Below, in pieces: positions 37,120 through 51,789 of a stretch of 64,000 nucleotides of DNA (its first letter is position 1; the number at the start of each line of letters is the position of its first letter). The notes beneath the pieces are model-generated. The model was not told where the DNA came from. It did not search any database and worked only from the letters and a program-made list of their open reading frames with translations. Position numbers and translations under genes: made by a program. The stretch comes from Azolla caroliniana. Its lineage: Eukaryota > Plantae > Polypodiophyta. The DNA is taken from assembly GCA_043228905.1 (NCBI GenBank), contig JBHGNT010000001.1:31496001-31560000 (forward strand), in the 5' to 3' direction.

Positions 37120-40100
37120 ACATGTCTTTAAAAGCAGGTATGCATAATTCTTTCGCTTTTTTCTTCCATGGGTTTTAGCTTTTATGTTCTGGGTTTTAAT
37201 AATTTCTCAGTCTGTTTTTAGTTAACATTTGTCCGATTCTGAAAATTGTGTTTGAATTCATTTGAGCAATAGTCTAAGTTATGTTTTCTTATATATGCTT
37301 ATAGTCGTTTGAACTCCAGCTCAGTTTGTTTTCCTTGATCTATTAGTCAATTGTGCATTTGGTGTCCTTTTTACACTGTTTCTTAACTACCTTGTAACCT
37401 TGTTGATGATGTCTCTGTTTTCTCAGTGCAACTGTTTTTGTGTGTCAAATCAATTCCAGGATAAGTTGGTCTTAGGGAAGCTGTATTATATTGAGAATCC
37501 TATGGGCCATCTTTCAAGCTACATGGGGAGGTTGTTTTGTTTTGGATCAGACAAGTTCTTTTGAAGACCAGGACGAAGTTTGTTGTGGTTATACTCCTTG
37601 TTTTGAAAAAAAAGATGATTTGAATTGGGCCACTTTCAGCTTTATGTCTCTTTTTTCTATATGTAGGAATTTTGATGGATTTTATATTTGCTGAACATGA
37701 TGCTCTGTTGAGAGTGCATTCAAAGTTCTGCTTTAGTTAATGTCAAGATTGAGAATATTGTTTAGCCTCTCAATTGTATTGAAATTCTGTTTATGCTGTC
37801 CGATGTTGAGAATGCATATGTTGTGCTGATATAGTTCCTGACAAGATTGAGAATGTTGTCTTACATCTCAACTCTATTATAATTCTGTTTTTTGCTTCAT
37901 AGGTGTGATCTGTATTGGGCCTATAGAGTCCCTGTGCTGTTTTAAGCTATGAAAAAACAAGATTGAGACTTTTGTTCTTGTTTTGTGATTCTGTTTTTTG
38001 GTTTCCTGATTTATCTGAATTGGGCTGTGTAGCATGCTATGTGTACTGTCAGTTCTTATGTTGTCCAATTAGTTTGCAAAAGCATTTTACAAATTTTACA
38101 ATTCAGGCTTCTTCTTCTATATTGTTCCGTCAACACATTTTTATGAAGATGTAGCAATGATATGCTGAGTTACTATTGGAAATGTGAAGGTTTGAAGATT
38201 GATCTGTTGGGTTTGTCTAGGATGTGTAAATAAAATGTTTTTAATGATAGAAATTGAATCAAGTTCAATGCCTGATCTTAATGTTCTTTGTTGGAAGATA
38301 TTTTTATTATTGGGAAACTTGTACTTACCAGAAATATTTTTTATGGTTCATTGATAAATATTGCCAATGCAATGATTGGATATGTAAATCTTTGTTGGTG
38401 TAAATGTTCCAAAATGCAATCAACTTTTGTTTATCAATTTGTAATGCATTATCTACTAGCACACATTTTTGGTGCCTCTGTAATCAATCAATTTGGGGAA
38501 CTTCATTTGAGTATTATTATGCAGTTGCTTCCACAGGAAAGATGGAAGACTTGCTTGATCTTAGTCTTTCGACAGGACTCATGCCATTACAGAAGAATAG
38601 TTTTGAATCATGATACAAAAAAGGAAAGATGGGTGTAAGAGTCTTGAATTGTCAGGTATGAAAGCGGATGATACGCCTGTATGATGTGAAACCAGCATAT
38701 ATCCTCAACCTAAGGATTTTGGAATGACAGTCGAACATTTGATATGCTCATGTGGCTGATGTGAAGAAAGCAAACCATATTTTGCTTAAAACAATTTTTT
38801 GAGCAGTCTAATTCTTCTCATATATGGCTAAATGGTTGTGTAATTATGTAGTGGTTGAATAATTTGTAATAATATGTTGGTGGGGTCCAGTTAATTGTTG
38901 ACGTCCACAAGTGGAATTATTTATTTTTATTTGCCAAGCTGGGGAAAATCCTATTTATTAGGGCAAATGTATTTGGACGCGTGATTCCTTCTCTCAACAA
39001 TTTTGATTGCATTTCCTCTCCTCGTGCAGGCAGCCCTCAAATCTTGATACTAGGCTTATTGATGTCACAATATCAAGAGTTCATGACGATTTCATCCTTT
39101 GTATATGTGGAAAATCTTTTGTGGAACTGCATCTGTTACTAATACGAACCACAGTTAGCTAACAGCTAAGGCCATTGGCTATAGGTATAATTTGACGACT
39201 TCTGCCTTTGTACATTATGAAATTTGTACTTTCTTTAACATTTTCTAGACATTCTTTAATGACGTAGTGTGTTTCCTGTATAAAGTTTCAATAGCAATCA
39301 TGTCTCAAAAGCGAGTGGATAAAAAATAGATCTAGATTGATTACGAAATCTGAAACCTTACTGCATTAGTAGATTTAGTGTCCATTGTGATTAAGATACT
39401 TGAATGTGCTTCTTAGCTATTTGTCTTCAATTTAATTACATGGACGCATAGTTGTTTTGTATGGTTATTTTGGTAGAATTTGATGAAGAAAAGGTATGTT
39501 GATATAGATGAAAGTTTGTGCACTTGTCAAATTCGATTGAAATTGTTTTTTATGCAATAAAGTATTGAAAAGCTCTCAAGCTTCAACTATCAACCTACTT
39601 TTCATGCTTGCATGTACCGTCACATGTTGAGGGTCATCCTTTATCCCTATAATCATGACATTGAATACTAGAATCATAAATTTCTAAGAGAACATTTGTA
39701 ACTTAGCAATTGGAACATTGTGAAACATTAGACAATTTCTATCTTGGGTGACTATGATATAACCACCAACTTTTCATTTGATCGAATAATTCATGACTTG
39801 ATTGCAACATATGTCCAAATTCTAGTTTAACAACCACCCTATCGAAGCAATGGTATGTCATAAACTTTTCATACATTGTCAAGTGGAATATTTCACTTGC
39901 AACATTTGTTAAGGTTTGACCATGAGTATAATATCATTGACTAATGAGGAACATGCCATAGGAGACCCATGATTTGGGTGACAATAAATCATGTCATTGT
40001 CAATTGCATCATGATGACTTTCAATGACCATGGCGTGGCTATGGTTTTTGCGCCCCTTGGGGATATGATTAACATTGAGTGATCAATGTCCATGGGGTCA

Positions 40101-40979
40101 TTGTTTCCATGCCCAAAATCTATTGTCACGGACATTGATGATTAACCGAGTTGAACTCCATAGGGGATGGTGGGTGGACATCACCCACACACTTGGTCTT
40201 GTTAGCTACCCATCCAAAATCCTCACGCTTTGAGCGAGCCCTTTGAATGAGCATAGTCATTTACGAATACCATTGATCAGTTGCTCTTTTGATGTAGTTG
40301 GATGTGAGCAAACACAAATTAACCACTCATATGTGTTTGATGACACATGGGGGTTTCTTGAGCACATAAGGAACAAGGCATGGTTGATTGATGGCAATGG
40401 CAAGCGACTATGATCACTTGGAACACGAGAATATAGACGGGCAAGGCGGATGGCAAAAGATCAAACGTCGGGGTGACAAGCATGCAACATCCCCCTAGTG
40501 GAGTTAAACTTGGGAGTTCGAAGCACAATGTTTTGCTTCGAACAATATGCACTCGACTATTCACGTCCACATAGGCAATGCATGAGGTGTGTGTGGCCGG
40601 GTGCTACGCCAAGTTACCCGTAAGGCGCCAAACCTGGAGCGAGGGAATGAATTGTGACATGAGGCCAGAGGAAGGCCACTTACATACTTTGCTTGTTGCC
40701 TTGTAACATGGTGCGTGTGTTTGTTTGTGCTGTTTTTTTATTTCTAAATTTTAGTTTTGGGTTCTTATTTTTTGGTTTTTGTCTTTGGCTTTTCTTTCTT
40801 CTGCGTTTCTCTTCCATAGCTCTCTCTCGCTCGCTCTCTCGCTGCGCGCAGGTTTCTTGCTCCGCGATCTGCACCCACCGAATACATCGAAGGACGGAAA
40901 ATAGAAGAACAGAACAGGTCACGAGAGCGTCCGTACGAACGAACAGTAAATAAATCGGACGTTTTCTTTTTTAGAATCC

Positions 40980-43900
40980 ATGGCCTCGAATTCCAGAGAA
41001 GAAGAAGGAGCTAGCTCTTCTGCAGAGACGCCAAAGTTTGATCCTGCAGAATCTGTTAGCAGAGAGTGGCCTTCTTTGGAGACGATTGCTTCTTCTGCCT
41101 CTACGTCTCCCGCGTGGAATACTGAAGATGATGATGAATCTGGATCATGTGTCCCCGGTAAGCATCTTCGCTTTCTTCTCATTTCCTTTTGTCTGTAGGA
41201 TGTTTTTTCTTTCCACAGTAAATTTTCATTTTTAGGGCTTCTGAATCTTCGCATGGTTCTGCATAGTAGATGCTTAAACCGCTTGTGAGAGGAGACTTTA
41301 GGCCTGGTTGATATCGAAAGACAGGAATTAATTTTTTGCAGATATGGCCAGAAACCATCGTGTTGAATTATTTTAGACTTTCCGACTCTTCTCAGTGTGC
41401 TTTAAAGTGTATGTATTTGGAGACTTATGCCTGTTTCGAGTGGAATGCTTGGATGAAAACCTGTTTTGATGTGGTGCAAATCACTGTTTGCAAGGACTGT
41501 TGAGGTTGGATGGAAACAATTTCAGCTGATGTTGTACAAAATCACTAGTCACAAGAAAGTAAGAAGAACAATTCTTGGCAGGTCCACTGAGGGTGCAGAA
41601 AAACAAGCTCAACCAGTGTAGTATAAAATCATTTGTTGCAAGAAAAGTGTGGCAGACATTTTGTTTTGTCTACAGATGTGAGACAAATTTTGTTGTCGCA
41701 AGTAAAGTAGGACATCCAACTTCTTGTGCTGCCTATTGAGGTGGGAAAGTGACATATCAGATGATGTAGCACAAAAAAGTTAGTTGCAAGAAATGTGAGG
41801 CAAACAACCTTTGTATGGCTAGTTGAGGTTGGACAAGAAAAACATCGTCAAACAAGCAACAGAAGTGCAGACTCGGATCAAACCTAAGCGTCCCCAATTA
41901 ATAGCTATGGCTATTTTGCAAAGCACTCCGATGTTCTTTTGTAACTTTGGCTTTGTGTGAGTCTGAATTGCCTGTCAGTGGTAATGGTGTATTTGACACG
42001 CATTGTTTGGAAAATATATCTTCTACTAAGCAGACAAGTCTCCTTCTCATACGTGATATCTTGTTTGAAAAATTTCCAACCATGAATTAAAGATTCAATT
42101 GTCATTGTGATGAACGAGGGCAAATTTCCTGTAAGTACTTTAATTCAAGGCAGGAGGCATTGTTTCTCTTTTAATTCGATAGAAATGTACACCGTGCTCC
42201 TCGATTGTTAGTGGCATATGGCTTACTAGGTATGAGTTGACACAATAAAAGAGAAAGAAGAAGAAGAAATGGGTACACCAAGGTGACTATGTGAGGCAGT
42301 GGATGGTCTTGCCCTTGAAAGGAACTGAAAGGCAGTAAAAGTGAAAACTGAGGTCTTAACTCTTACATCCCATTGATCAACACATTCTACACTCTAGGAT
42401 AGAGAAAAATTGTAAAATAACAGAATATATGGTACCTCCTAATTTCCAAGCGTGTTTATTACTCAAGCTTTGTCACAGTTTGCATTAATTGTAACATTTC
42501 CAAATGTAATAACCTCATTCACATGTCCTTGTAGATTTCATGGATTAGGCATTTATCCTAAATAATTCTGCAAATTAATGCAAATTATAATAGCCATATT
42601 GTATATTTCTGGCCCTAATTATCCTTAATTGCACTTGGTTCAAGATAATTGTCACAAGCTGTGTTTAAATGCTGGTATAGTAAGAGCTGTTTGTGGGGTT
42701 CTGCACATGTAAGATCTCCAGATAATCCGAGGAGTGGGACATTCAATTGAGATCTATAATCAGAAGCTTGAATGTTATCCTAACCATCAATGAGAATCTC
42801 TACCAGGCTAGATATTTCACAGAAAAATTTAAAATTTTCCTTTTTTATAGTGCAAGGCTACATCATCACAAGAAAGCCATATAGCATTTACTTATCTGCA
42901 ATATCTAAGAGAGGAAAATTTCATTGGTTTGGGTACATGATTATATTGTCAAACAATTGAGATACTATGAAGTATGAAGCCATTCATTCTCTGTTAATTT
43001 AGTTCACCTTATGGCTTGTTTAGATCACTGATGATTCAGTAGGCATCTCTTCCCTTTGATGATCTTCAATCTAGGGTGTCCTCTATAACTTAATACAGGC
43101 TTGATTATCTACCATTTTGAGTTGGAATCTTACAAAATAGACAAATATGAGTAAAAGCCATTGTGAACTATTTACAATATTTATCTCTTAACTTTGAATT
43201 TTAATTTTGTTTCAATTATTCCTTCCATGACGTCATTTTTGTGTTAAATTCTTTGTTAGGAACAAGACCGTCAGATTTATATGGAAAATTTACGTGGAAG
43301 ATCGAGAATTTTTCACAAATAAACAAAAGGGAGCTTCGAAGTAATTTATTTGAAGTTGGTAGCTACAAATGGTAAATATGAATGTAAATTTCTAAGGATT
43401 TGATAATAGTGATGCCTATATAGGAGAGTCATGCTTGAGAAAGGTATGCAAATTTTGAATGTTGCGGCTGTCTGAATATATCAAATATAACATTATCTTA
43501 GGTCTAGTCTATGACATCTGAATATATCAAGCATAGCATTATTGGCAGTATGATGGAAGGATTTAAATTTTGATGATTATCAAACAAAGGTTGTTCTTTC
43601 CTGGTTTTGCACTAGTTTATACATTATATTCTATGTATAAAAGCATCAATTTACTTCGTTTATGCAGGTATATTCTTGTGTATCCCCAAGGTTGCGATGT
43701 TTGTAATCATTTGTCCCTCTTTCTCTGTGTTGCTGATTATGACAAACTGCTACCTGGTATGAGTGAACCTATGCACATTTTAGATGCTTTGCCAAATCTT
43801 GAGACTGACGCAAAATTTAACATATCTGTGTAGGCTGGAGTCATTTTGCACAATTTACTATTGCTGTTGTTAATAAAGACCCGAAAAAGTCCAAGTACTC

Positions 43901-46900
43901 AGGCAAGTTTTGAGAAGAGGCACATGTATATGGAATTAAATTTATTTTACAAATAGTCAAAGACATGCTCTATGTGTTTGATATTTTAACTGGGTCTAGA
44001 AAACAATTGGCGAAAAGTGGCATGTATCTACTCACACTCATGTATATATCGTGAAATAATTTGTTTCGCCAGATACATTGCACCGGTTTTGCAAAAAGGA
44101 ACATGATTGGGGATGGAAGAAATTTATGGAGCTTTCGAAAGTGTTGGATGGCTTCACAGTTGCAGATACTCTTGTTATTAAAGCTCAAGTACAAGTAATC
44201 CGGTATGATTTCAGAATCAAATGTTTTTGTTCTGATGCTGTCATAATTATAATTCTCTGGGGTGATTCGGTTGAACTAGACTCATGGCTTGGATATGAAC
44301 TAGACTCATAGAACTAGACGCTGGGCTGACATTTTTTTAATCATAGAACTAGATGCATGGCTTTGATACGAACACTAAGCAAGTAAAACTGACACTAAAT
44401 GGATCAATATAATACCGATAGCAAACTGAATGTTCAGTAGAGTAACCTTTTATTTCTCCTTGCAGAGAAAACCCTCATCGTCCATTCAGGTGCTTAGACT
44501 GCCAGTACAGGAGGGAACTGATTCGTGTGTACTTGACCAACGTTGAAGGGATATGCCGTCGCTTTGTGGAGGAGAAACGTGAGAAGATTGGGAAGCTAAT
44601 GGAAGATTCCTTGAGATGGTCCAGGTGTGTCAGTATTTGGATTTTTGATAGATAAAGTACTTTTCTTGTCTCCTTGCACATTCCGGGACTTTGAATTTAA
44701 CTGTCAAATTAAGAAATGTCTCATAATTGTCTTTGAGCATGTAGATGACCCTGTGTTTTTAACCAGTTTATCGACATTCTCTCTTGGATATTTAAGCATG
44801 ATTTTTGTCGAGGGTTCCAACCACCAAGTGGAAACTTACTTTCTTTGTTTACTTCGATATGTGTTTGTGTGCATCTTTCTTTCCTTTAGATTGGGCTTTT
44901 CCATTGTTTATTTATCATGACTTTCAATTCTTTCCTCCATGTCTTTCTCTCTCGATGCATAGAAGTCATTTGGTAAGTAGTCATAGGAGAGAAAATGCAT
45001 GGCACATGTACTGAAATGTCTACTAAAAATGACTGATAGATTGTTAGAAATAAGCTTCTAATTTATCTGCTCTATAAATGCTACAACGAGCCTACTTTTT
45101 GCTCTGATGTCAGCTGGTCCCCATCGAGGTTTAACAGTTGTTTTATATTCCATTGGGTGACTTTTGGTAGTTTGGTCAGCAGTACAGAGCATCTAGTGCT
45201 ACTTGTGCCTTTTACCTTGAGAAGACATGCATAAGCATTTCACTCTCCAGTCTAGAAACACTTAAAAATCATGATTTTTCTTTGATACATTTTTAGGTCT
45301 AAAATTTCTCTTATACTTTATTGGGCAGCTTTCGAGTTTTTTGGTCAACAGTAGAGGAGAACATGCGCCGCCGCTTATCCCGTGAGAAGACAGACACAAT
45401 CTTAAAAGCGATCGTGAAGTGTTTTTTCAATGAAAAAGAGGTTACCTCAACCTTGGTTATGGATGCTCTTTATAGTGGGTATCGAGCGTTGGATTACCGA
45501 AGTAAAAATAAAAAAGGAAAGATAAATGGATTTGAAGTGGAGGAAGCTCATAATCCTATTGTTTGGGTCGAGAAAGAGTTCTTTGTTCTTGCTGGTGATG
45601 TGCTTCTGCTCTTGGATCGTGCAGTAAATGAATCAATCCCATTCTACAAAGATGACAAGGGACCTCAAAATAGAACTAAGGTAAACTGTGAACTTTATTA
45701 TAGTAAATAGTACAAGGAAGTTTTTCTGTAGCCAAGTCCTTCCAATGTACATTTTGTGTAGGATGTAAGCTCTGGAGATGATTTTGGAAAAGATAACCTT
45801 GAACGGGATGAAAGAAGGCTTACAGAGCTTGGACGACGAACAGTAGAAATGTTTGTCCTAGGTCACCTGTTCAGGTACTCAATCATGGATATGATCTTTG
45901 TTTTCTTAGTCTCTTTTACAAGTGGTTGCTAGCCTAATGCTAAAATGGTGAGAATCTCTTTTATTATCCTTAATAACACAATATATATAGTATGAATCAT
46001 TCATTGTTAGAGCAATCAATATCAACTCTAGGCTAAATTTAATCTTAGCAGAGGTAATTATCATGCAGAGAGAAATAAATCCATACTGATTTATTGCAAA
46101 TAGTTGAGAAGACCATTATTAATATGAGATTTTTGTTTAATTTAACTTTCTGATCCATACATTTCACATGTAAGGTTGAGAGGTTCATTGGCACTATTTT
46201 GATCTATAGCCATTTTTTGTTAATAAACCATCTGGCATGTTCAAGTCTTACACTGATATCACTAATTTATTTGATGCTACCGTAGAAAGGAAGTGTTGAA
46301 CACATTCCTTCTGGTGTTCTTTGGCAACCTTACTAACTGAGCTACTTCCGTTTTATTTATTTAACTTTTGAGTTTTCTCAGACCTTGTGAAACCCTCATT
46401 TTTATTTATTTCCGTGGCTGTCTTTACTGTCTCCATATGTATGAAATTTATTTGATAGTTGATCGCATTCTTTTTACTTTTGTTTGAACAAACATTTTTC
46501 TCTTTGCTTTCAAAATTTGTGTATGATCTCTTCATAGTATTTTTTCATAATCTACATATCCTCATTTCAAGTAATTTTTTATGAAAAAATAGGATGCTAT
46601 TCATGATTTAGTTTTGTTTTATATTCTTGAAATTCAGATTTTGATTGTCATTCGGCTGTATCTAGTTGCATGTTAGAAGTAATAATGCAACAGTTATTTC
46701 AATATTGCAGTAACCGCGTTGAAGTGGCTTATCTTGAAGCAATTGCTTTAAAACGTCAAGAAGAGCTGATACGTGAAGAGGAGGCTGCAGAACAAGCAGA
46801 AATAAAACTAAAAGCAAGGCGGGAAGCTGCTGAAAAAGAGAAACGAAACAAGAAAAAACAGGTGTTTGCATCCACATATATCAATATCCATCAAGCTAAT

Positions 46901-49900
46901 GGAAAAGTGGCTTCATATAGTTGATATTGTATTGAATCAAAATCATGGTTTAATGTGTTCCCCAAATAATTCAGGCCATGTTTTCCAGTTGCCACTTATT
47001 TAGCTTTAAGTAATATCAATGTCATTGCTCTGTTTAATACATCTATAGAAGCTTTTTTCCTGTGTGTTATGAGCTTCACCATTGTAGGATGATGAATATA
47101 TATGTACCATTAAGGCTGGACATTTAATATGAGCATAACGTTATGAACCAATTCTAAAGGCTAAGTTCAATGGATTTAAGGGTAGGATAAGTGGTAAATC
47201 GGTTATATTAGGACTTGGAACAAACCCTTTTTGGAGCCTAGGGAGTTCAGCTATATAAAGAGAACCACCTACCCTTTTTGTTATGGCTTTTTTTAAGACA
47301 GTATTAAGACTCTGCTGGTGAGACAAAGCTTTCATATTTTGAATCTGATGCTAGCCAAATATGTTCAAGGATTCAGCTAGTATGGGATGCCAATTGGGTT
47401 TTTTATTTTCTTGACCTTTTCTCTGGAATAGTTGCTGTGGTTAATCACAGTTAGTTTATTATTTTGCCTTTAATCTTTTACTTAATTGTTTATCGTTAGC
47501 ATCGATCATATATGGCACATGAACTGAGGTTACATTTTTGCATCGTGAGCAATCATTGTGAGTTGATGGGGGGAAGTGCATATGTCAGCTTTGTAGAGTT
47601 CTGACATAATCAAACTCAGGCAAGGTATACTGATTTGAGTTTCAAAGGATGTTTGTGGTGGATCATAAAACTATATGAGCAAGTGACAAAAAGAGTGATC
47701 TTGATTGAGCATATTAATTTTGTTCTCATAACTCTTCACTGTTCTTGTATGCTTATGCCTATGCTGACATGGGCTTGAACTGCCCCATTTCCCCAATCTT
47801 GGTATATTTTGGTTGATTGAGCTCTTTTGTATATGTTGCTCATTCTCGCAGTTCCAAATTCCAGATTAAAGGGATAAAATTTTTAGCATTTCTTTTGCTC
47901 CTTAATTTTGCGAAGAATATAGTACTGTATTTTGTTAATATCTTTGTTTCTTGTCTAATGATTTAGGCAAAACAAAGGCGAAACAGTCGCAAAGAAAAAG
48001 ATAAGACTGTTGAAGTGAAGCATCTAGGAACACAAGAATTGAGGCAACAAGAAGATTCAACAAGCAGTAGAGCTACCGTAAGCTCCTTGTCAAAAGGAAC
48101 TTCTATTATGGGGGATGATGATGATGATTCAAGTGTCCTGGATAATGTTGATGGTGTAGTGGGTACGCTGAGGCTTACTACAGAAGATGTTTGGGAAAGG
48201 GAAGGGGCCGAGATGCATCAAGCAATGGAAGCAAGTTTCAGTGGAGGTTCATGTATAGACTCTGCTCCAAATGGCCAATCAAATCAGATACAGGAAGGTC
48301 TTTTAGATGACAGTTCATCTACATGTTCCTCAGATTCTATTTTATTTCACACTGCTTCAAATGGGCCTGGTAGAAAGAGGTCAAACACAAATATGGCAGA
48401 TTTAAGCCCAGCATCCGCAAGCAGGTAACCATTTGTTTTTATGATATTTGTATAATGACGTTTTCTGGAACTATGTGGGTTATCAGTTTCCTGTATTGTG
48501 TAGCAGAGCACGTGGAAGGGTCAGTAATGAAAAGGACTCAAGTCAAGGTGAAACTGTTGGAGCGCTAAGGGGCAGATCAGGCAGTTCCAGTCGAGCAGAG
48601 AACAGCTGTAGCTGCAATACCGGCGATCCTGACACAGACACTGTTATTACATCCCTAAAGAAACGGGTGGAAAGGCTTCAACGGTGTCTTTTAGAAAAGG
48701 TGTCATGTTTGTCAATGAAAAAAGGAATTTTTGGTTTTTGGCTTGTACTCTGTATGGTAGTAAGATGTTTATTTATTTATTTTTGGGGCGGTGTCTGTTA
48801 TTCCTATAGGAGGAGCTGGTTACAACATTACAGAAACAACTTAGTCATTATCAACATCAAGTTGGTAATGATGGAGATGGAAAAGCTGGGGATGATGCTC
48901 AAGGACATGGTGATTCTGACAATGGTGGCACGGAATATATCAAGCTTTTGAAGAAAGATAATAAGCCTAAAGAAAACATGGAGAATGAGGGAAAGAATGT
49001 CGAGAAATATGCGATGAATCATATTGAAATATCCTCTCCTAAGAAGATTTACAATGCTCAAGCCAGGTTGACTAGTAGCACCTGTGAACAGAATGCTACT
49101 GAAACTCTTCGTTCTCTTAACCCTGCAGATTTTCCTTCTCTAACAAGTGCAGGGAAAGTGGATACACAACTATCCAGGCCATCAAGTGCATCAAGCCTGC
49201 CAACAACTTCAAGAGTAACACCTGCAGGTTTTACTTCTGTAACAAGTGCAGCAACTGTGGATACTAATATTCCAAGGCCATCAAGTGCATCAGGTCTACC
49301 AACAACGTCAAGAGTAGTACCGGTTGTGTCACAACAATGGAATGAACCCCCACCTCTGTCACGGTCTGTTAGTGCCATAGACAGGCTAGGAGTGACAGTC
49401 ACAGAGCCAGCATCGTCGTCGTCATCATCATCATCATCATCATCTATGCAGCAAAACTCACCAGTCATTCCTTCTTACAGGAATGCTGCTGCAGGTATCA
49501 TGAGAACCAGTAGCCCATTTGCGACATCAACCCCAATGGTCCCTCATGCTGATCCTGGCTTCCGAAATGATTTGCAATACATGAACATGACTTTGCATGG
49601 AGGCTTACATCAGTCGGCAATACCTTATGCTGTTGCACAAAATGATGTAGCAATGCAGAAGTTCTTGGGTGGTTTTGGAGTACACACTGCTGCTACAAGA
49701 GATGAATCGAGATTTGGGGTCAAGCTATCTCGAAGTGAATCTGATATGGTTATGCGAACAAACAGAATTGATACAATGGATGCTAGTGGCAATACGCAAT
49801 CAGATTGTCAGCGAGAAAGAAGCTTGGGTTTCACTTTTGGCACAGTCACTCCCGAGATGCTACATTTACAGCAGCAACAAGAGAATCAGCTTAGCCACAT

Positions 49901-50615
49901 GGATAATGGTCATTTTGAACAATTTTCCTCACAGAGTATGAGTGCAAATGTACTAGAACATCATTCTGTTCAGATGCATGATCCATGTTCTCCTTTGAGT
50001 GAACATCAAGAGAGCTTTTCTCAATGTGTTAATACATTGCAGGCCAGACATATAGGGGCAGAAATGGCTGTCTCTGGTTCAACAGTGCCAGAAGAGTTCC
50101 CCCATCTTGACATAATCAATGAACTACTTGATGAGGATAAGATTCTCAGTGCAAAAGCATTGAATGCTTTCCTTAGACAGGCAGGTTATCAAAGCATTCA
50201 GTCTCCTGTGAATGTATATGATTATCAAAGGATGTACGCAAGTCAAATGGGATTGGATGTGAATCCTATGATTCATAGTGGCAATGCTGCAGAGAGGAGT
50301 GATGCAGGCATCCATGTCAATGTTCCTCCATTCTCTAATGCTCCGGATGGCAGGGTCATTAATGGTCATGGAGATAACATGCACCTACAGTCATACACAC
50401 TTTCTCCATTGCATTGTAGTGGATTATTAGAAGGCATGCCTGAACACCATTGGCAAGGTTCTCAAGGAGACTTAACATCCATGAATGGATATCAAAATGA
50501 TATGGATGTCTTGGTTGGCTATCCAATACAAACCCATGTTGGTATCCCAGATTGTCCTCCATATACACTAGGGCAGAATGGATATTCTATCTACTCCCAA
50601 ATGAAGCATCCTTGA
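40980..50615 (+). CDS. TRAF1: MATH/TRAF-domain protein (Arabidopsis TRAF1a/TRAF1b, MUSE13/14-like), 12 exons
   Basis: Exons 40980-41157, 43260-43371, 43668-43756, 43834-43902, 44073-44202, 44466-44624, 45329-45680, 45762-45874, 46711-46861, 47967-48424, 48504-48699 and 48810-50615. Motifs GKFTWKIENFS, YPQGCDVCNHLSLFLCVA, KKEHDWGWKKFMEL, ALKRQEELIREEE and EFPHLDIINELLDE. Confidence 0.95.
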
Positions 50616-51789
50616 ACAAGATGCTCAATGAAATTCTGAAACACATCTGTTTGCTGGTGTTTTTAGGAGGGTTTTTTGGTCTCATGTATTGGTAAAACGT
50701 CAATTTGAGATTAGCATTCTTATTTTGATTGGAAATTTCTTAAAACCTCTGATGTTTACAAATCAGTTGTCTGTAAGATAAGATTCTAAAATATATATTT
50801 TAGTATATTCACCACTCCTATATGGAATTTTAGAGAGGTAGAAAATTTCCGTTTCTTGCGCTATTTAGTAATTTGTAAAATATGACTCGTAAATTGTTAA
50901 AGCTCATCAGGTTAGGAACAGAAATCTTAGCATTATTTATTCATGTGATTGATTCTTAGATATATTTGATTCTATGATTATTTGATGATACAACAATTTA
51001 TCAGCCCGACTTCCCATTGACAAATCCAATGTCAAAGGAGTTGGCATCCATAATTCTCGTTGGCATAATCCTCCAGAACTTTTGCTAAATGTTATTTCAG
51101 AAGCCTCATCTATCATCCTCCTTTTGTAAACCTAATAGTAAACAGATTCTCGGAATCTCGAATTGCTTGTAATCCTTAAAAGAACTCTCAGAATGTAAGA
51201 ATGTTCAGGTGACAGGTCTTCTCAATCACATCTATTTGACTTCATAGTTCCATAGTATAGAACATAAGATAGAAATAATTTAAGAATCTTCTCAAATCTA
51301 TTTGACTTCATACTTCCCTTAGTATAGGACATGGGATAGAAAAATGTTAGGATTTAGAGACAATTCTAGAGTTTTAGCCAAAAAAGGGAAGAGTTTTAGG
51401 ATGAATATAAAATCAGTATTGTAGGCAACATAAGTTGTTTGGTCTTTAATGCTTTTTAGCAAGAGATCATTGACTTCTACTAGTTACGGTTTTAATACTT
51501 GATAGATAGTATAGATAATAGAATGGGCCATGTTATCATTAGATAAGTATATCATGTTTATCTCATACTATCAATAGTATGATACTATTTCTCCCATGCT
51601 ATTTATCTTGTACTTGCACATGTCATGCCATTTAATAAATTTATATATTAGTTACCACTATATCTTTGGGTTATAGCCCATTGTAGACAAACGAGGCCTT
51701 GATTTCTGTCATGACAAAACTCTCTTTTAATATATATTTTATAGATCACAAACATATGCTTGCAAATATTTATGTAATCCCTAAACACT

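Noticed and set aside
41470-41860. Degenerate repeats in TRAF intron 1
   Set aside because: Irregular period and low identity; no unit or element boundary could be defined.
49058-50568. Antisense and alternative-frame ORFs over the TRAF last exon
   Set aside because: Shadow ORFs of a real coding exon.
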